From an uncultured virus (IMG/VR IMGVR_UViG_3300012001_000012) (lineage: Duplodnaviria > Heunggongvirae > Uroviricota > Caudoviricetes), in IMG/VR virus record IMGVR_UViG_3300012001_000012: a stretch of 64,000 nucleotides of DNA, one strand, 5' to 3'. A program made the translations under genes and the position numbers. The notes under the pieces were generated by a model that worked only from the letters and a program-made list of their open reading frames with translations, ran no database searches and was not told the origin of the DNA. This document shows positions 61,271 through 64,000 of the stretch, in pieces (position 1 is the first letter of the stretch; each line of letters starts with the position of its first letter).

Positions 61271-61758
61271 TCCTCCCCGCCCACCGTCACGGTCCAGACC
61301 CCGCCCATGACCCCGGCCTCGGGTCCCTGCGGGGCGTAGGAGCCGATGATCTTCTGCGGGATGCGCGCGGCCTTCAGCGCGTCGTACATCATCTGCATCT
61401 CATCCATCTGCCGCATGGAGGCGTCGAAGAGTTCGATGTCATCCGGCGGGGTGAACTGGCCCAGGGTGTTCTCCAGGACCGGCGCCGGGCCGACCATGCC
61501 CATCTCTACCGTGAAGGCCAGGGAAAAGGCGCAGCTGTCCAGGGACACGTCGGCGGAGGGGAAGGCGACGGAAGGGTTCGCGCTGATCAGCCGGACCCAG
61601 GCGATCCCGCCGCAGCCGGACTCCGGGCCGAAGTCGAAGACGACAGCGTTCCCGGGCTGGACCGTGAGGGAGCAGTAGTCATCCTGCTTGCCCGCCGCCC
61701 GGATCTGCTGCGTGAGGGACTCGAGCAGCGCCGCGGTCATCTGGTTGATCGTCAGCAT
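61267..61758 (-). CDS. Probable tail terminator
   Basis: Position; CGGIAWVRL and PQGPEAGVMGGVW. Confidence 0.55.
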   Translation of the reverse strand: MLTINQMTAALLESLTQQIRAAGKQDDYCSLTVQPGNAVVFDFGPESGCGGIAWVRLISANPSVAFPSADVSLDSCAFSLAFTVEMGMVGPAPVLENTLGQFTPPDDIELFDASMRQMDEMQMMYDALKAARIPQKIIGSYAPQGPEAGVMGGVWTVTVGGED

Positions 61759-62498
61759 CAGGAGTGCCAGATCTGCCGGCGCGCGGGCAGGTCCGGGGAG
61801 TAGACCCGGGGCATGACCTTCAGGCCGAACGGGTTCAGCAGCATCAGGTACGCATCAATTTCCGGCAGGCCGGTGACCCCCGAGGGGAACATCCCCAGCG
61901 TCACCTGGAACGTCAGGCCCTGCCGGGTGGCGTTGGTGACCGAGGAGGGCAGCCGGCACTTCTTGTCGGACGTCAGCAGCTTCAGCCATTCGGCCGCCAT
62001 CACCCCGCCGGCGTGGGCGCCCATCGCATCCACGGGGGCGGAGTTCAGGTAGGTGACGGTAAAGCCGTCCCCGGAGTCCTGCGGCCAGCGCAGGCTGTCC
62101 AGGCGGACCAGGAAGTTCCCGTTCTCGACCCGGTACAGGGTCGGATCCAGCACGGCCCCGTCGACCCGGACCTCGGTGACCGCGCCGACCGGGCCGGGCA
62201 GGTTGATGGCCTCGACCTTCGCCACGGTGGACCAGGTCGAAAGGTCCAGCGCGGAAGGGTAGAAGGTGCCGGGATAGAAGGAGCCCAGCGGGTACTCGTC
62301 CAGGACCGGTGCGTACCAGGCGTAATGCCCGGAGGTGCGGTTGGTGACCCCGGGCATGATGGTGACCGGGTTCCCGCCGGCCCGGTGCAGGGTCAGCGCC
62401 GTCATGCACGCCCCCGCATAGAGTTCCGCGAGCGCCTTGATGCTCGGGTCCAGGGACCCGGTGTCCACGGTGGCGGGCCAGGTGATGGGCCAGGTCAT
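61758..62498 (-). CDS. Head-to-tail adaptor
   Basis: LPGPV..VRVDG..CRLP..RQG..TGLPEID; start reassigned to ATG 62498. Confidence 0.7.
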   Translation of the reverse strand: MTWPITWPATVDTGSLDPSIKALAELYAGACMTALTLHRAGGNPVTIMPGVTNRTSGHYAWYAPVLDEYPLGSFYPGTFYPSALDLSTWSTVAKVEAINLPGPVGAVTEVRVDGAVLDPTLYRVENGNFLVRLDSLRWPQDSGDGFTVTYLNSAPVDAMGAHAGGVMAAEWLKLLTSDKKCRLPSSVTNATRQGLTFQVTLGMFPSGVTGLPEIDAYLMLLNPFGLKVMPRVYSPDLPARRQIWHS

Positions 62499-62499
62499 G

Positions 62500-62631
62500 T
62501 CAGGTGCCTCCAGCGAGGATGTCAAGGATGGTGGTGAAGATCCCGGTCAGGATCAGCGCGATGTTCGCAACCACCACCACGGCGGTGACCGTCAGGGCCA
62601 CCGCCGCAGCAGGGATCAGGGAGCGGAGCAT
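62500..62631 (-). CDS. 43-aa hydrophobic protein, possible holin/lysis accessory
   Basis: Read manually; TGATG coupling to lysin; MLRSLIPAAAVALTVTAVVVVANIALILTG. Confidence 0.6.
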   Translation of the reverse strand: MLRSLIPAAAVALTVTAVVVVANIALILTGIFTTILDILAGGT

Positions 62632-63470
62632 CAGAGGTTGATGCGCTGGCCGGGGACGATCAGGTCCGGGTTGATGCCGGGGTTGCGGTCCAGGATGTAC
62701 TGCAGGGAAACCCCGTACTGGACGGCGATCCCGCCCAGGGTGTCCCCGTCATCGACGGTGCAGTACGGTGGCAGGCCGGCCGGGGCGGCAGGGGCGGCGG
62801 GAGCCTGCGGCAGGTCCAGCAGCATACCGGGGAAAATCTTGTCCGGCTCGGTGATCCCGTTCAGGGCAATCAGGGCGTTTAGGTCAACCCCGAACTGCAC
62901 GGCGATGCCGGAGAGGGTGTCTCCCGGATCAACGCGGCACTGGCCGGGACCGGGGGTGATGTCAAGGTAGGAGCCGGCAGCAGCTGCGGGGGCAGGCTGG
63001 GCGGGCTGTACTGGGGCTGCGGCGCTGCCGTTCAGGGCAGCCTGTGCCCCGGCGATGATCCGGCCAAGGTCAAGGGTGCCCGGGCAGTCGGTGTTGAAGA
63101 AATTCTTGTGCGGGAGGATGGTGTCCGCGGACGGGGTGATCCCGTAGCGGGAGCAGATGTCCGCGACCCGCGCGATGGACCGGGCGTAGGTGTCATCGGT
63201 GGCGTCACGTCCGGGCTGTGCGGAGTGCTCGATGGCGATGGAGCGGATGTTCTCGTTCCAGTCACCGTCGGCCCAGGCGGTGTCGCCTTCCTGGACGAAC
63301 TGCTTCTCATCCCCTTCACCGATGCCGTAGTGCGCGGACGCCTGCCGGGAGCCGTTGGTGAACGTGTCAATGGTGGCGGCGAGGGTGCCGTCCATCCAGT
63401 GCATGACGATCTGGTCTACGGTGGCGCCCTGGCGGCCGGGGGTGAAGTAGGTGGCTTGAATGAAATCCAT
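62631..63470 (-). CDS. Endolysin: N-acetylmuramoyl-L-alanine amidase plus two LysM domains
   Basis: IVMHW..SAHY..AW..SIAIEH..PH..TDCPG; two GDTL..IA..NP..I.PG repeats; start ATG 63470. Confidence 0.9.
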   Translation of the reverse strand: MDFIQATYFTPGRQGATVDQIVMHWMDGTLAATIDTFTNGSRQASAHYGIGEGDEKQFVQEGDTAWADGDWNENIRSIAIEHSAQPGRDATDDTYARSIARVADICSRYGITPSADTILPHKNFFNTDCPGTLDLGRIIAGAQAALNGSAAAPVQPAQPAPAAAAGSYLDITPGPGQCRVDPGDTLSGIAVQFGVDLNALIALNGITEPDKIFPGMLLDLPQAPAAPAAPAGLPPYCTVDDGDTLGGIAVQYGVSLQYILDRNPGINPDLIVPGQRINL

Positions 63471-63496
63471 AGTGTCTCCTCTGGTGGTGGATGGAA

Positions 63497-63528
63497 GAAA
63501 GGGGGGTCGGGAGTCCGACCCCCCTTTC
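63497..63528 (-). terminator. Terminator-like hairpin after the major tail gene, built on the dispersed palindrome
   Basis: GAAAGGGGGGTCGG-N4-CCGACCCCCCTTTC, continuing TTCC on the minus strand. Confidence 0.65.
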
Positions 63529-63546
63529 CGGGTACTGCTGGTCCTG

Positions 63547-64000
63547 CTATGCAGTGACGGTGACCGAGGTCGTGATCGTGGAGAGACCGCGCTTGGCGAT
63601 GACCTGGTAGGTGCCTGCCGCGGCGTAGACGTGCGTGTAGCTGCCCGTCTCGGCCGAGTCCCAGGTGCCGTCGCCCAGGTCATAGAAGACCGTGTCGGTG
63701 CCGGCCGGGACCGGGCTGAACGCCACCGAGAGCAGCGTCGCGGTTTCGGTGACCGAGGTCAGCGCCGGGGCAATCGGGTCAAGCAGCGGGATCGCACCCT
63801 CATAGTCGAGCGGGGGCTGGATTTCCACGGCCTGGATCCGGCGGTGCTCCTTGACGGTGACCGAGTCGTGGAGCAGCGCAGCCACGCCACCGACCAGGTC
63901 CACCAGGAACGGGCCCTTCGCCCAGGCCGCACCGTTCTTGGTGGCCATGCCCGTGACGTTGAACGTGACGGTGCCGTTGGCCACCGAGATGTCACCGATG
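63547..64000 (-). CDS. Major tail protein, 3' part, with C-terminal PKD/Ig-like domain
   Basis: Frame open to the window edge; WAKGPF..; YDLGDG..YTHVYAAAGTY. Confidence 0.75.
   Translation of the reverse strand, partial: IGDISVANGTVTFNVTGMATKNGAAWAKGPFLVDLVGGVAALLHDSVTVKEHRRIQAVEIQPPLDYEGAIPLLDPIAPALTSVTETATLLSVAFSPVPAGTDTVFYDLGDGTWDSAETGSYTHVYAAAGTYQVIAKRGLSTITTSVTVTA

Larger units (their letters stand above)
16295..63524. repeat. Dispersed palindrome GGG(G)TCGG-N4-CCGACCC(C), 23 copies
   Basis: Copies start near 16295, 16896, 17532, 17811, 18099, 18552, 18637, 18927, 19432, 20237, 20532, 21484, 21773, 22886, 23669, 25425, 27644, 29906, 33507, 37224, 40003, 44254 and 63503; a few have one bulge or mismatch. 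Confidence 0.95.
1..64000. mobile_element. Tailed actinobacteriophage genome (siphovirus-type), near-complete and permuted
   Basis: Terminase, portal, capsid, tape measure, tail, lysin, SSB and primase-helicase genes; no host housekeeping genes. An RBS (AAGGAG) follows the stop at position 7 on the minus strand, and the window end is inside the major tail gene. Confidence 0.95.

Overview
GC-rich tailed (siphovirus-type) actinobacteriophage genome, probably infecting Arthrobacter or a related Micrococcales host (inferred from SSB, amidase-LysM lysin and gene order). The window looks like an almost complete, circularly permuted genome: it begins at the end of a capsid gene and ends inside the major tail gene. 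Minus strand 1-15.9 kb holds head and packaging genes: capsid pentamer and hexamer proteins, a MuF/2H-phosphoesterase/protease polyprotein, portal, terminase, PnuC-like, ParB-like and HNH genes. Plus strand 16.4-44.25 kb holds about 65 early/middle genes: many tiny unknowns, SSB, two HTH initiator-like genes with an iteron/AT-rich origin, primase-helicase, MazG-like, Rad52/Sak recombinase, Cas4-like exonuclease and RusA-like. Minus strand 44.4-64 kb holds tail and lysis genes. I saw no integrase, DNA polymerase, tRNA or CRISPR array. Main observations: (1) 23 copies of a palindrome GGG(G)TCGG-N4-CCGACCC(C), almost all in the early arm, both ahead of ribosome-binding sites and in-frame inside genes. 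(2) A 2H phosphoesterase domain in the head-maturation polyprotein, bounded by putative cleavage motifs. (3) An identical 26-bp, partly Xer/dif-like site starting at the stop codon of each of two lower-GC tailspike genes. (4) A perfect chromosomal parS and a DnaA-box cluster. (5) Four HNH insertions that each duplicate and recode the gene junction they sit in. All function calls come from motif recognition by eye; no searches were run.
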